Shown here in pieces: positions 28,971 to 44,601 of a DNA stretch of 64,000 bases. Origin of the DNA: Chrysomallon squamiferum (Eukaryota; Animalia; Mollusca). Made by a program: the position numbers and the translations under genes. Below the pieces are notes generated by a model. The model was not told the DNA's origin, did no database searches, and saw only the letters and a program-made list of their open reading frames with translations. Numbering within the stretch: the stretch's first letter is position 1; each line of letters opens with the position of its first letter. Location: the NCBI GenBank assembly GCA_012295275.1, contig CM022673.1, positions 9,982,001 through 10,046,000 on the forward strand, read 5' to 3'.

Positions 28971-29664
28971 TAAAAATACGAACGCTAAAGCTATCGCACC
29001 ACATAACACAGTTTTGCTAAATAACAGAATCCAGTATTTGGACTCTGAAACCAATAATGTACATTCGAAAACGCCAGGAGCCAGAATCCATAGATGTGTT
29101 TGTCCTTAACGATTCCTTTAATCAAAGACCATAACACCACCAATCCATATCAATATCTCGAGGTTAATTTATGACCTTTTTATTACCGGCCAAATCTATA
29201 AATCTCTGGTTCCAATAATTGGTTCTAAATTCCAAGCATACACAGGGTTTTATAAATATGTCCACGGTATATGTATTGGTTGATTAATTCTTTTCAAAAG
29301 ACGTGATGGAAATGAGTTTTAGTTTAATTGATCTGGACATTTTTTTTTTTTCAGAATAAACATTAGGCTGGAAATGTAAATAAATATATATAATGAATTT
29401 TTCTGAACACATTTTAATGTTGATGGTATTTTTTTATATGTGTATTTATTTATTTATTTATTTATATTATGTGATCATATATCTGATTCTTCTGTTTTAA
29501 CGCAGCTTTATTATTCCTAAGACAAAGGCTTTAAGCCTGATATTCATCTCGTTCTTTCTCATCTGAAACCAGTAAAAAAGGAAAAGAAGAAAAGGAAGAA
29601 AAATAACGTAGCAAAAATTACAAGGTTCTAAAAGAAACTGTTTGCATGCATCATCATCATCATC

Positions 29665-29760
<96 letters not shown>

Positions 29761-30950
29761 ATTTCTATATTCTGCTTGTTTCCATCTCTCTGTTTTTTGT
29801 TTCTCTTATTTCTCTTTAGTGTTATTATTTATTTGACAAATACTATTATGTAAATAAGCCTTTCCGACAAGCTGTATATTTTCTGGTCAATAAAAATACA
29901 TTGTGAATAAAATTTATATAATTTTTGCACATCAAACTTCTGAGTTAAATCTTTCGCGTGTCAAGTCAGAAATTCGGACTATCAGTTGTGTTGTTTTCTT
30001 GGTCGTAATTTGAACCGAGTAACTAACATGCATTAAATCAACATCTGAAACCACTGCTCGCTCTCTCGATTCATCAAGACACCAGCTTCTAATGACTCTC
30101 TTTGAAAACAAAACCGAGATGGAAAATAACAATTATTTGATTTACTGTCTTTCCGAACATGAACGAGTGAACGCCGACTTACCGTATTTAACCACAAAAA
30201 CATGTTTTGTGTGTCGTTTGGTATTATAGATAGAGATTCTTGAACTAAGCCGAAAAGATCGAATTATATTTATCATGCGACATGTTGATGTAAGTTTGTT
30301 ATTATTTGTTTTGTAAAAGAGAAAAATATCAGATAAAGATATTCTAGAGCGGATTTCACTAGACCAGTCGTGGACAAATTGTGTCCTGCGAAAGTTTGTG
30401 AATGGCACGCCTATCTTGACGACGAAAGTAAGATCTATTAATAGCGCGGCCCGCATGATGATTAGCGAAGTCCTCCGGAGGCCCGCTTCGCGAAAAAGAT
30501 TGCTCATGCCAGCTCCAGAACCTTTATTATTTGTCACCTACGAGATATTTTTGTCATTGCTGTTCACTGTTGTTTTTTTTTGTCGTCTGTTCACTGATTC
30601 TGGCGGGAAGAATTAGAGATTTTCCTCTAATGTGGGATAGAAGTTATTTGCATTTTTATTTTATGTCTCTGTCTTCGTAATCTTGCAGTAGACGGCAAAG
30701 ATGTTTGTATGTGTCACAGCAGAATTTTAGGATCTAGTATGTCTATATCATACACATATGCAGAATTTCACTTTATTTTCATTTTTCTTATTCCCCTGTA
30801 AATATCTCTCTTTCTTTCCTTCTCTGCCTATCTATCTATCCATCAATATATCTATCTCTCTATCTGTCTGTTTGTCTGTCGTGTTCATTTTTACTCTATC
30901 ACTGTCTCTCTCTGTCATAATACAAATACTATCCATCTTCCTGAATACAA

Positions 30951-31017
<67 letters not shown>

Positions 31018-32619
31018 TCTATAATATCTTTTTACATCTCTTTGTCACTGACTGTCTGTCTCTCGAGAAACATTTCTCAAAAACTATTTCAAATGTCTCA
31101 ATCAAATATATTTGCAAAAAAAACCAAAAAAAAAAACAACATTGCATCGGATACTATTAGATCTTAATATCTTCTGGGTCACATATAAAGATCTTTGCCG
31201 CCGCCGCTGCAAGATAAACCTAGACAAACAACACACATACATATTCTGTTTCGTAAAGACAGGTCGATCTCGTTATCGAAGAGGCCTCAAGCGAATAATT
31301 CTTAGAATTGTATTTATTTATTTTATTTTATTTTTTTTTAAATGAAAGGATGTTAATGGTTCACTGGACTTGATTTTATATCAAACAATTTGTTTAAACG
31401 AGGAAAAAAATTACATTTATCGAATTAGTTGTATGACTATGTTCCCAACCGATTACTGTGTATTTTGCAGAGATGAAAAAAAAAAAAAAAAAAAGAAAAA
31501 AAGAAAAAAAAAAAAAAAAAAAGCATTTTCATTATAATTTAAGATCTGAGAAATTTTTCTTTTTGAACGTTCTGTGAGTCAATTTTCGTCAGGCAATTTG
31601 CAGAGGTTGGTTCTAGGTTTAAAAGCAAACGAAAAATAAAAAAAGAAAAGGAAAGGAAAAAAGAAAAGAATAGTAATAACTGTTTTTATAAAAATCGGAT
31701 TCTTCAAAGATTAGAAATTAAAATAAAAAAAACAAAAAAAAAAAAAAAAAAAAAAAGACCTCTACAAATAAATGTTTATATTGCAACTGTTACCGAAAGC
31801 AAATTTTTAATTAACTTTTACGAAAACAAAATTTTTATCTAGTGTTTTGGAAAAGAAATTAAGTTAATAATTAACAATTTTCGAAAAAAAGAAAAAAATG
31901 GAATCCTAAAAAAATCTGTTGTTTTTGTATTATTTTTTTATCAAAACAAATTTGTAATTAACTTTTTAAGAAAGTATATTCAAATTAAATATTTTTGAAA
32001 ACAATATTCTCATCAATCATTCTAGATAAAAAAAGATAATAAAAAATTCTAGATAATTGTTTCTGAAAACAAAACAAAAAGGAAAAATATTTTTAAAAAA
32101 AAGTTCAGTATAATTATTTTCTAAAAATTATTTTCTGAATAACAGTTTTCAAACTGAAATTTCTAATTAAACTTTCTGAAAATCGATTTCATACAAATTA
32201 TATTTTTAAAACATTTTTTTTTTTTTAAATTGTTTTATAAAATAAAATTCGAATTAAATAATTTCTAAACAAAATTTCCGATGAATTTTTTTCAGAAAAT
32301 CGAAGTATTCTGCCGAAATCACAAGGCAAAAATGAACAAGAAGAAAAATGAAGAAATAGACGAAAAGGGAACAAATGAATAATTCCCATTTTCGATTCTT
32401 ATTCCATATGCAAAAACAGTCTTAACTGTTACAGTTTAGCAATAATTCAAGAGATTTAGGAAGAAAAAATATTTTTTATAAAATTTTAAACTGATATACA
32501 GAGTGTGTCACACGTTCTGGGTCACACTGAAATACCAGGAAAAGTGCAGCTGTACCTGAACATTGACATTTATTGCAGTCCACAAATGTACGTTTGTATG
32601 CGTGCACATGCATCTCACA

Positions 32620-32924
32620 ACTATACACATAGAGACATACATTCATCCATACATACGTATATACAAACACACATACATACAGACATACATACATACATAT
32701 GTACGTACGTACGTACACACATACATACATACATACAAACACACATACATGCATACAAACACACACACATACATACATACACACATACATACATACATAC
32801 ATACACACACATATGTACATACACACATACGTACATACATACATACATATATATACACACACGTACAAACACACACACATACATACATACAAACACACAC
32901 ACATACATACATACATACACAAAC

Positions 32925-32957
<33 letters not shown>

Positions 32958-33030
32958 TACATACATACATACATACACACACACACGCACACATACATAC
33001 ATACATACATATATAAATACATACATTCAC
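32620..33030. repeat. (TACA)n/(CA)n compound microsatellite
   Basis: Directly visible; source of the HTYI and MYVC ORFs. Confidence 0.95.
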
Positions 33031-33838
33031 ATAAGGTTGTTTTGATGGCCGAAGAGTAACGTTCTCCTGCGCCAGTGCGTTCCCGAACATTGTCTATGTG
33101 CAGAGACTATTCAGACGTACACGAAACAGATAATATTCAAATCCTAAAATACATACAAATATACGTACATACATATTACAGACTACAACCATCGATCCAG
33201 ACACAAACACACACAGACAGACATACAAACGCACACATAATCTTAGGACAGCCTACAAAACGGTGAAATGATAAAATAATGCTTAAAATAATGGTTCCTG
33301 TATATCTTTATCAGGTCGTTCTGACTTGACCGCATACTCCCATTTGTTTCCTAGTAACGTAACTGTGATACTATTAAGACAAATCACTTTCTAATTTTGT
33401 CAAACGATTTATCAGATGAGAATCCATCATTGATGTTGATTTTATGGACTTTTGCAGGATTTTTTATTTTTTTTTTATTTTTTTTTTTAAACCTGTTATT
33501 GTTGACGTTGTTATATTTTGGTTTTCTTTGATTGTTGGCGCAGATGGTATACTTTTTATTGCTATTATTATTATTATTATTATTGCTATTATTATTATTT
33601 GTAACTGTTGTTGTCGTCTATGGAATTATAGCATATCTTATCATATATTTAGAATGCTGTTTCCTTTTTTAGTTTCACATTTAATATCTTTTCTCGTGAA
33701 ATATTGTGAATTTTAGAAACAAAAATTCTTTCTTTCTTTCTTTAGTACTGTTGTTGTTCCTGCTGCTTTTATCGTTGTCGTCGTTATTATTGTTACTGGT
33801 GAATATCCTGTCTTTGTGATCATCATCATCATCATCTA

Positions 33839-33883
<45 letters not shown>

Positions 33884-35178
33884 CAAAGTTTTTTGTTTTT
33901 ATCTTTTTCTAAAATTACTGAGTAATATTCCTAAGTTGTCTTTAGTAGGTGTTTTATTTTCTTGTGTATGTTTGATTAGATTAATCAAATCTGATTATTT
34001 ATTATTGACTTAGGTGGAACGTAAATACGAAATTGTGAACCGTTAATTCAATAGAAACAGGCTTCAGTGCGGCTGTACCGGAAGCACGACGTAAATACGA
34101 TGACTGTGACAAAAATAGATTTTCAGAGACACTCAACTTTCGCGTATAAAAATGAAATAAAAAGTTAAAAATTGAATGTGTACAAGAAACCTGGGAAGAA
34201 GTGTGTAGCGGATTCTTAAGTTTTTATTATTATTTTATATCATTTTATTTATTAGTATTTATTTACTTTTTAAATTATTTTTTAGTTTATATTCTTGTTG
34301 TTGTTATTTTGTTGTTGAACTTCTTTTTCTTCTTCTTCTTCTTGTTCTTGTTCTTCTTCTTCTTCTTGTTCTTATTATTATTATTATTATTAAATGTTTA
34401 ACCAGTTTTGTTCTTAATAAAGAGATTTATTTTATTTGCTTTATTTAACTATATATTAAAAATAATGTTTAATATCTTTAAACTAATGACATAATACTAG
34501 CAACAGTAGTAATAGTAGTAGTAGTAGCAGTAGTAGCTGCAGCAGTAGTAGTAGTAATAGTAGCTATAGCAACAATGGTACCACTGGTAGTTGTAGTAGT
34601 GGTTGTAATAGTAGTAGTAGTAGTAATACATTTTATAGTATTATATTGCAGAGCGGGTTTATTACAATCAATATTCAGAGATTAAATAAACACTTGATCG
34701 TAGGAACAAACCTCCTCAATGCATTCACTCGTTTTTTTCCCCAGTCCACCCACTGTCTCATATCTGGTGATTCAAAGCCATCGCGCATGTTAATGCTTTA
34801 TTATCTGTAAGCTTGCATATAGCAAAAGGACCACTAGCATTCAGTATCTTTCATCTGTCGTGCTTTTAAGGCCAGCATCTGATATCTGTAATTTTAAAAA
34901 GCTCTGAAGAAAAATCCGTTTGTTTGTTATCGCTTTGTGCGCCAGACATTACCCTTGATTATCATTTGCGTCACGGCTGATCCCAGCGAGCTCTATTATA
35001 AATCACTCGCAGTCTATCAGTATTCAGTTGAAAGCCAACACCAGAACCGATAATTAATATGGCGGTCGTGATGTAATCATTCAATTTGAAGTCTTCTTCG
35101 TTAGAGCCGGAAGGTGAAAGAGAGTCGAAAACAAACTGGGATTCGATCCTGAACTATGAAAGTGGTAAGAATTTGCAT

Positions 35179-35254
<76 letters not shown>

Positions 35255-35373
35255 AATATTTTTCAAGTCTGTGGTTGAACTATCTTCTTGTACTCTCTAT
35301 ACATTGATCTTTCTCACCTTTTTAATTTTCTCTAACATTTTCTCTAACATTTTCTCTAACATTTTCTTTACGT

Positions 35374-35655
<282 letters not shown>

Positions 35656-36593
35656 CCCCTCTTGCATCTCACTAATTCAGTCCCGTTCTGATTATCTTAG
35701 TCCAATATTACAATTCTAACGGACACTAAAATAATAACAGAACGTAAGGCACCTTTAATAAAATAAATCTATAAATATATTTCGATTATGGCACTTAAGA
35801 TCACTAGTTCCACTTTCTGTGTAATATCACAATATATTAAACAGTGAGAAATTTGACACTACGACATCGACATTCACTCTGGTTTCTCTTACAAATGACC
35901 ACTGGGGATTACCGTCTGCTTTTATTCCCGTCAAACAAACTGGCGTGTTTTAACTTAATCGTATTTTCAGATTATTTCGCGAAATGCCATTGTATCTGTT
36001 TTATGTGATACTTATATCTACACCTTTGATACCAGTGTTAATATCATTTCTCATTACCAGTCAAGGATTTTTTGTTTACAGCAGAAAAATAAAATGTAGA
36101 TGATGCTTGTCTTCAAATTGGTGCCTGAAACGTAGACTGAAACAATTTTAAACATTCAAAAAAAAAATATATATATATATATCAAATACAGAAGATAGGA
36201 AATAAAAGAAGAAAGAAAATATTTATTAATGAATGAATGAACGAAAAGAAGAAAACATCCGTGAAAGAAAGTTGAAAAAAAGAAAAAAAGAAAAAAAGAA
36301 ATTAAGTTATGAAAACTAAAAAAAACCAGAGCCTAAGTTATCAGAGGACCATTAAAATATTTCTCATCAAACATCAAAAAATCCGATTAAACACTTAAAC
36401 AGCGAACTTCAAGTTATTCCATACCCTTTAAACAAATTCAGAAGCCTGGCTCAATCTTCATAAAATAGATTTAACCGATAACTGATAAATACTTTACTCC
36501 AGTTAATCAAAAATTATGGTTGAAGTGTTTGGACAACGTGTGAAATCGTTTAAATCGTTAATGGTTTTAAAAATTGAAGACATAAACTATTTT

Positions 36594-36628
<35 letters not shown>

Positions 36629-38584
36629 TCGACTATGCAATAATGAAAGACAAATTTTGTTTAAGGATGTTATAGGGAGACAGAGGAGGAAGAAAATGAG
36701 AAATATAGATACAAAGAGACTCAGAAAGAGACAGACAGACAAACAGACACTGAGGGAGACAGACAGAGATAGAAAGAGAGAATAATCTATTTCATTTTGA
36801 AAAAAACAAATTTAAACATCCTTTTTCTGAACACATTAGTAATCTTGTGAATGCCGTACTACTGGGACTTTTTACAATTTGTTTTTACTTTGAAGTGAGT
36901 TTATCTTCTTTACATAGAACACCAGACGATATTTCGCAAAGATTCCCATCTATAAAAAAAAAAAATGTTTAATGTCTTTGAGATTCACTGGGCAGATTTC
37001 GTTGCGCAGTAATGAAATTTTCAGTTCTGAACTCTTCGCAGTTTAGAAAACGAGGCGCCACGTTTAGTTCCGATAAAGACCAATCTTCACTGAGCACAGA
37101 ACTTGAAGCTTATCAAATTTACGTGTCCGTCTTTTATCCACTCCAAGTAACCCAGTTCCTAGGACTAGGACAATAGAACCAGTTCCATTATCTCAAAACG
37201 TTCAAGCGTAATGATAGTAACGGCAGCTCTTTTCATTATGGTTTAGGTGTACTTTTGGTAACGGTGGCTTTTGGACAATAAGTTTGGATGGTAGATGAAA
37301 ACAGTTATAGGGCTGGTCATTTTGTGTAATGAATTATTCTAGAAATAAATCTGATTTTAGAATGGAAACAAGATGATGCATTTGTTGGTTATATCTGTGG
37401 TGAAACACGTTGTTGTGGAATATGACTAAATGTAGTAAAGAGTTAAAAATGAATAGACTTTATTTAACATACAACTCGTGTATGTTACGGATCATAAACT
37501 GACAGGTTGAGTGAATAAATTAAAGAATGGATGAATTAATGGATATATAAAATAATAATATTGTTATTGTTTTGTTGTCGTTTTTGAACGTTATACTACT
37601 AATCAGATTACTGAAATATTTTTATCCCACTGATAAAAATAAAAATTATAAAGTTTTCAAAGACAAATATATTTCTGTTTAGTTCATACTATTGTTATTA
37701 GATATTTTTTTTTTCTGCATTTCTAATTGTTTGTGAAAGATGATAATGAAAGGTTTATAATGGATCGTTTATTTTATTTGACGAGCAAATAAGCTTTTTC
37801 TTTATCAAAAATAAAACACAGGAAATATTTGAAAATGTTTATTAAAAATAAATGATTATCTTATTCCTTTTTTAAATAATATCTCTAAAAAACTTTTTAA
37901 AAGATTGCTTTATTAAAATACTTGTAAAGTGTTATTAATGAAAATAAATAAATAAATAAAATACTACATCAAAATAAAAACACATCCAAACATACTCGTA
38001 CACGCACAAACGCATTATATTTATATATATATACATACACACACACACAACACACACAAGTACACGCAACCAGTCATACAAATACCGATAACAAGGAATG
38101 TCTTTGAGGTTACAAAATTTATGAACGATACCTAAGAATATATTATAAATGAATTGTCTTTGGTTTCAAAAACAAATGTACTGGCCATATTCTTCGATTT
38201 CAATACTGATATTTCAATAATGCACACTGAAATGAATATTATTATGTCGGAAAACACCACCACCACCTGAAAAAAAAAGAAGAAAAAAAAAAAATGGAGT
38301 AAAATATGATTGTAAAGAGTGGGGAAAGGAGTGTTTCTTTTGGAAGGAAAGGTTAGCGTCAGAGACAAAGGAACAGCACAAAATCGTAGATATCTGTACA
38401 GGTTCAGTGTGAAAAGCCGAAATACTTTAGGTCCAGTGTCAACGTTCTTCAAATAGTGAATGTATATCTAGCGTAATTTCTTAAATACTTTAAATTACAA
38501 CCAAGTTACACCAGCAATACTGTCCTTGTAGTACAAAGCAGCAAGAGAAGCTAAAACATCCAACTCGTACAGTTTCGAAGGAAT

Positions 38585-39131
38585 TCAATCCGTTTTGATG
38601 CTAACTGACTTTCGTCTTCCAGTAATGGCCAAACAGTTTTCAGGTTCTTCTTCTTCTTCTTCTTCTTCTTGAGAAATCTCTTCGCTATTTTGTCGTCTGG
38701 ACTGTTTCCTTGGTAACGTAACCGTAGGCACAACGAGGGACGGTCTTCTCGGAATTCCGACTTGACTCTCTCTGCGCAAGACAATGTTTTCCGGAACGGT
38801 TCGTTCTATTTCCGGCTGCCATTCATTTCGTCCCAGATCGAAAACGGGACGTCCGAAGCGGACTACACGTTTTGGTCGTTCTTCGTCAATATTAGGTTTC
38901 TCTGGCTCCTTCTTCTTCACAACCCGAGAAGTGAGAATATCGAGACACTGCCAGCCTTTTAATCTTCGTTTTCTGCCGAGTTCATCACATTTTGGTGGTT
39001 CAAACGTGGATTTACGATGAGTACATTTTCTAAACCCGGGCTGTTTTATTTGATTGACCAAATCCATTCTGTAAGCCTTCCAATTTGAGTAGCGCTTGTA
39101 AGAACACAGCAAAGAGGCATCGGATGGATAT
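38585..39131 (-). CDS. CNBD2-like protein, last coding exon (11)
   Basis: Acceptor ttactcag, phase 2; reads (R)YPSDASLLCSYKRYSNWKAYRMDLV...RRKSVSIKTD*. Confidence 0.85.
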
Positions 39132-39365
39132 CTGAGTAATACAAAATAAATAAATAAATAAATAAATAAATAAAAATAATTACTTGGTATAATGTTGTTG
39201 ACGGGGATTCTGTTGTAGAATTAAAACAGTACTCTCCAAGCCCTACATTTTTATAAGTGTTATGTATCCATACGGTAAAAACAAAATATTATTTTATTGA
39301 ATAATTTAAGTTGAAAGTTTAACATTTATATTGTGTTTTTGGTTTGTTGTTTTGTTTTTTGTTTA

Positions 39366-39408
<43 letters not shown>

Positions 39409-40036
39409 TTAATTTGGGATCCATATTAATCTGTTACACATTACGTTATTGCTTTATATTGGGGAAATTTAAAAAATTATTTTTCTTTTCAAGCAAATAT
39501 TATTAATAAAAATTATATCTTCTTTGACATCAATTCTTTTAAAATTCCTTCGTATGCTTAACATCAACGAGAGAAAAAACAAAAAACAGAATAATAATAA
39601 TAATAATAAAAGACATACACAAAAAAGAAAAGAAAAATATCCTTTTATCCTTAAGATAATTTTAGTCCAGCGTTGTGGGAATTAACTGACATGCTGGATC
39701 TTCAAAATTGCGAGTCTTAATGCATGAGTTGTCAGTGTTAATAAACTCTGTGCATGTTCGCCATTAATGTTTGTCAAGTTAATTTGTCAATTTTTGCCGT
39801 TCCAAAAACAAACTGCCAGAGGATATTTAAACTCAAAAATAACATGCCTTAATAAAAATTAATATAATTCTCTAGAGTTGTTGTTAAAATAACAAATCAA
39901 CTCACAAAAACTTGTGGTCTTTAAATAACAGGGCCGTATCGTTTTTACTACGTTTCTTAAGACCTTTCTATTGTAATAAAAAGAAAAACTTGTATATGTC
40001 TAGTCTGTTATTCTGACTGTCTGTCTAGATAGCTAG

Positions 40037-40252
<216 letters not shown>

Positions 40253-40698
40253 TTATCTCGTTTCCACATCACGTATTCACATGATTTCTCTCTCAGCACT
40301 GGATTGAAAAAAAAAAAAGAGATAGAAGAAAAATAAAAAAACACAAATCTTGCAGAGCACCTGAAAATCTCTTTACGAATAAGTCCAAAGTTCCTTACGG
40401 TTTAAACCTTGCTGTATTTGATACAACATTATATTCACCTAATATCTCTATCAGACGATAGTCAAAACTGTCAGGTCAAGGTCAATCAATTTCGACAATC
40501 TGATTGGTCCACGCCACTGCGAGTGCGATTCAATCAAAACGAAATGTAAACAGTATCTAAATTTAGCTCTATACGGAACTTCAGTGAGACAACAGAAATC
40601 TCTATGATATTATCGGCTAATCCCGCACGTGTACCTTTACCATATATCAACGCCTAAATAGATTTAAGAAATTAATAGTTTAATATTCCGTTCTTTAC

Positions 40699-40862
40699 CT
40701 TTCATAATTGCTTGCAAGGCCTTTGATATACTCGAGCGAAGATTCGGTGGCAAACTCGTATAATTTTTCTCGATGAATTTTCAGTATCTTGGCTCCACAG
40801 CTGACGAGAGTTAATGGACTGCTGTGTGTTCTGTCATAATAGCTCAGAATGCAAGATAAATC
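40699..40862 (-). CDS. CNBD2-like protein, coding exon 10
   Basis: ttttaaag|DLSCILSYYDRTHSSPLTLVSCGAKILKIHREKLYEFATESSLEYIKGLASNYE AG|gtaaag; phases 0/2 fit both neighbours. Confidence 0.85.
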
Positions 40863-41095
40863 CTTTAAAAATAAAACAGTATTTAAACATCATTAGCGAA
40901 AAAAAAAAAAATGATTATGGTGTTATAGACGTGCTGCTGCTGTGTGATGGATCAATGAAAGCAAAGAAGAAATCCAGTTTTTCTTTACAAACTCAGTCAT
41001 TACGACAGAGAATAACAGAGAAGTAAGAGAGAGAGTGATGGAGAGAAGAGAGAGAGAGAAAGAAGAGAGAAATCCAGAGAGAGAGAATGAGAGAG

Positions 41096-41146
<51 letters not shown>

Positions 41147-41150
<4 letters not shown>

Positions 41151-41272
41151 CACGATAGTCACGAACAGACAGGGAGGCAGCTGAACAGACAGACACGAAG
41201 AGAGAGAGATGACTGCATAGACAGAGAGAGAAACAGGAAAAGAGAGATAGATATTGTGTAGGTAAGATTAAG
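41147..41272 (-). repeat. Right arm of the inverted duplication, inside a (GA)n-rich CNBD intron
   Basis: Reverse complement of 35374-35500. Confidence 0.85.
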
Positions 41273-41329
41273 AAGGAGGAGAATGGAGAGAAAGAAACAG
41301 ATGGGCAGAAATAAAGAGAGACAGAGAGC

Positions 41330-41431
<102 letters not shown>

Positions 41432-41806
41432 GGAGGAGGAGGAGAATGGAGAGAAAGAAACAGATGGGCAGAAATAAAGAGAGAGAGAGAGAGAGTGTCT
41501 ACAAAAACTATTGTTGTTTGTTGACCATTTATTTCTTCCACCTATCGATTACTGTGTCAAAATGCTCGTCTTTGTTATTGTAAAGTAATAATATTCAAAG
41601 AAGAATAAAAAGGTGGCGACGACCGAACTAGACGAAGTTATTCTTGGTAAAACACGACAATGATTATTATAACGACGATGGTCATGATGATAATAATTAT
41701 CATCAAAAAGATGTATACGATGGTGATGACAGCATTAATGATCGCGATGACAAAAATGGTGATGACGGTGATGAAAATGGTGATGACGATGATGATATCA
41801 ACTCAC

Positions 41807-41977
41807 AAAGACTTCATTCGCTTGTAAAACTCCGACATGAAGGAACACGATGTCGGGTCCGTTCGTCCTAAGTCTGTCTTTCATGAACGTAGTCAATGAC
41901 ATTTGACCCGTGGCTGCTGCCTGGAAAGCTTTCTTCTTCTCATTCTCCTCAACCTCCTCAATAAATGCTTTGTTTCG
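41807..41977 (-). CDS. CNBD2-like protein, coding exon 9
   Basis: ttttttgacaaaag|RNKAFIEEVEENEKKKAFQAAATGQMSLTTFMKDRLRTNGPDIVFLHVGVLQANEVF|gtgagt. Confidence 0.8.
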
Positions 41978-42065
41978 CTTTTGTCAAAAAATAAAATAAA
42001 AATATTAATACAAAAGAACGAAAATAGAACTTAGAATGAAAAAGAAAGTGAATGTTTTTAATCAC

Positions 42066-42314
42066 CTTATGATTTTGTGACTGGTTATATTCCAGCGCAA
42101 GAGACCCCAGCAAACGGTGTTTAATATTCTTTTTCTTACTTTCCTCCCCATCTGATTCACTCTCCTCTTCGTTTTGTTGTTTAGAATCTCGGAAACTTTC
42201 AAGCAAATCAATGATTTCGTCTGACAAAATGACAGTGGATCGTCGTCTGTTAAATCGAGGTCCTAACCTCGCTTTCGACTTGAGTTCGAGACATCGAATG
42301 ACGTCACATTTTCC
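42066..42314 (-). CDS. CNBD2-like protein, coding exon 8
   Basis: ctctctaag|GKCDVIRCLELKSKARLGPRFNRRRSTVILSDEIIDLL...QSQNHK|gtgatt. Confidence 0.8.
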
Positions 42315-42368
42315 CTTAGAGAGAATAAAAAAAATAAATAAAAAAATATAAAAAATGAATAAGAATTA

Positions 42369-42405
<37 letters not shown>

Positions 42406-42731
42406 GAGCAAAACAAACTAAATTGAAATGAAATGAAAAAATAAATAAATAAATAAAATAAAATAAAGGTTAATAAGTGGCAAAACTTTTAAATATATTT
42501 AAAATACTTCTCTTAATGGTATTGATTAAGCGACAGAGAATGTTACAGTTGAAATGAAACTGAAGATAGTATTAAAAATGATGTACATAAACATGAAGAA
42601 ATGTACCGGAAGACTGAGTGACAAATAGTAACAATTAGAAGTGGAGAGATGAATGAGATTAACAGAAGAAGAAAAATTAATATCATGGAAGTCAGAATTT
42701 AATAGGCAGGACAGACCGTAATAAGAGGCAC

Positions 42732-42803
<72 letters not shown>

Positions 42804-43188
42804 GTAAAGAAATGTATAACTGTCGCTGTTATTTAGTTGATGTTTTTTTGTTTTTTTTTGGTTGATGTTGTTTCTTTGTTTTACTTGTTTTTTGGGGAAG
42901 TGTGTTTATTATTGACAAACGTGTGAACGTTTTACTTTTTCCTTAATGATAAAATAACAAATTTCAGCTTTAGAACGATATCAAATTTTATTTTACAAAA
43001 TATTTCTGCATTTTGAAACCGATATGCGTTCAAATTTTATGGAAAAATGTATCCACACTTTAAGTTACCTCCCTTGACACAAATCTTCTTTCGTCTGCTG
43101 TCTTCCAAGATTCATTATCATTAATGACTGTCCTTCAGTGTGAACTACAAATGCCCCCAACATGGAATAGACATATCGATTTACTTAC

Positions 43189-43254
43189 CTCTACGCAGAT
43201 GTATATCCAATCTTCGTACTGACTGTTGGCAACAATTACTTGATTTGTTGGATA
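43189..43254 (-). CDS. CNBD2-like protein, coding exon 7
   Basis: ctatag|YPTNQVIVANSQYEDWIYICVE|gtaagt; start of the second cNMP-binding-like domain. Confidence 0.85.
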
Positions 43255-44001
43255 CTATAGATAAGAAAAAAAAAAGTTAATTAATTATATTGGCAAAACG
43301 AACTGGGAAACAAGACAAATGTTAAATGTTGTTAGTCTGTATCATCTAATTTTCTGGTGCTCTAACTAATAAAGCTGATAGTTAAGTAATTACAGTGATA
43401 AAACCAATTCGTAACTCAGACGGTTTCGACATCTGATTATGCGATCTCTGTCTACGTGTTTGTTGAGTTAGTTTAAATCTTTCTGTGTTTATGTCTCTCT
43501 GTCCGACAGAATTTCTAAGACTGTTTAACATACTTTTAATTAAATTCAAACTATATTTCAAATACTGTCTTAATCAAATAAACATTTTTTTTATAACAAC
43601 ACGTATTACCTAAACTCACGCCTTATGTGAAATGATTCAATGAAATAAATATTCGTAATAATATGTGTTATTTTATATTTATAAATAAAATGGTATATTT
43701 ATCTAAAATCATAAACTTGGCTGCTACATAATTCTTGTTGATTACTTTTATGCTAGAGTGCGAAAGAGCCTAAAGGTGCAGTGAAGAACATTGATCTTGG
43801 AAGCTCATCAATCGCAGATTTTTAATAGAATATTACAAGTATCCTGTTGCAACCCTTCAAACCCTGTCTTCCGCGGTATTTAACAAGACTTGTAATAGGA
43901 TGTTACACTTATTTTCTATTGCAAACCATCAGCCCCAGGCTTCCGCGTGATTTAAAAAAACAAAACTGAAACAGATTATGATTGTAAATTATTTTTCCTA
44001 C

Positions 44002-44080
44002 CTCTTGGACGTATGCTTCCAGACAAATGTTTTTCAGAGCTGTATCTGTCCACCAGCGAGAAGCGAACAGTTGACTGCGT
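44002..44080 (-). CDS. CNBD2-like protein, coding exon 6
   Basis: tttcag|(R)RSQLFASRWWTDTALKNICLEAYVQE|gtagga; phases 2/0. Confidence 0.85.
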
Positions 44081-44601
44081 CTGAAATGTTCAAATAAAAA
44101 CGTTAATTTGCGCTTCATGTACAGATCTAACTGTCCAGTTACATAATAAAATAACATCCATCTACAAAAGTTCTAAAGATTTTCCTCAGCTGTTACGAGA
44201 GACGTTAACATTTATTTTTATTTTGTATTTGTTCAAAAGAATCGTATGCACGTTAATGTTGGTAATGTATAAAAAGTTGATTGTGGGGATATGTAGATAC
44301 CTATACATAAACAGATTTCTAAAACGAATGATTTAATAGCTGTATCTTTTTTTTAATTTTAAGTTGTGATTATTTGTTTTGACTTTTTGTGTGCTGTTAC
44401 TTTGTTACATTTTAGTTACCTTTCAAGGGAAATTATTTTTTTATTTCTTCTAAGTCATTTTTAAAAAAAAATTTATTTATTTTTTGTTTGATTATAACGA
44501 TTCAGTGATATTTTCATATAAGAATACGTGAGTGTTTTTATCTCCTTCTCCTTCAGTTTCACTTAAACAAACACTTTCTCAACAACAGATACACATTTCA
44601 C

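Noticed and set aside
28405-29109. 234-aa Thr-rich mucin-like ORF and overlapping ORFs
   Set aside because: Open in several frames on both strands because it is trinucleotide repeat; no splice or domain support.
30142-30537. 131-aa minus-strand ORF as a gene or transposase
   Set aside because: No recognisable motif or supporting splice structure.
32476-33090. Cluster of long HTYI/MYVC ORFs
   Set aside because: Translation of a (TACA)n microsatellite.
38551-39020. Alternative-frame and antisense ORFs over the CNBD last exon
   Set aside because: Shadow ORFs of a real coding exon.
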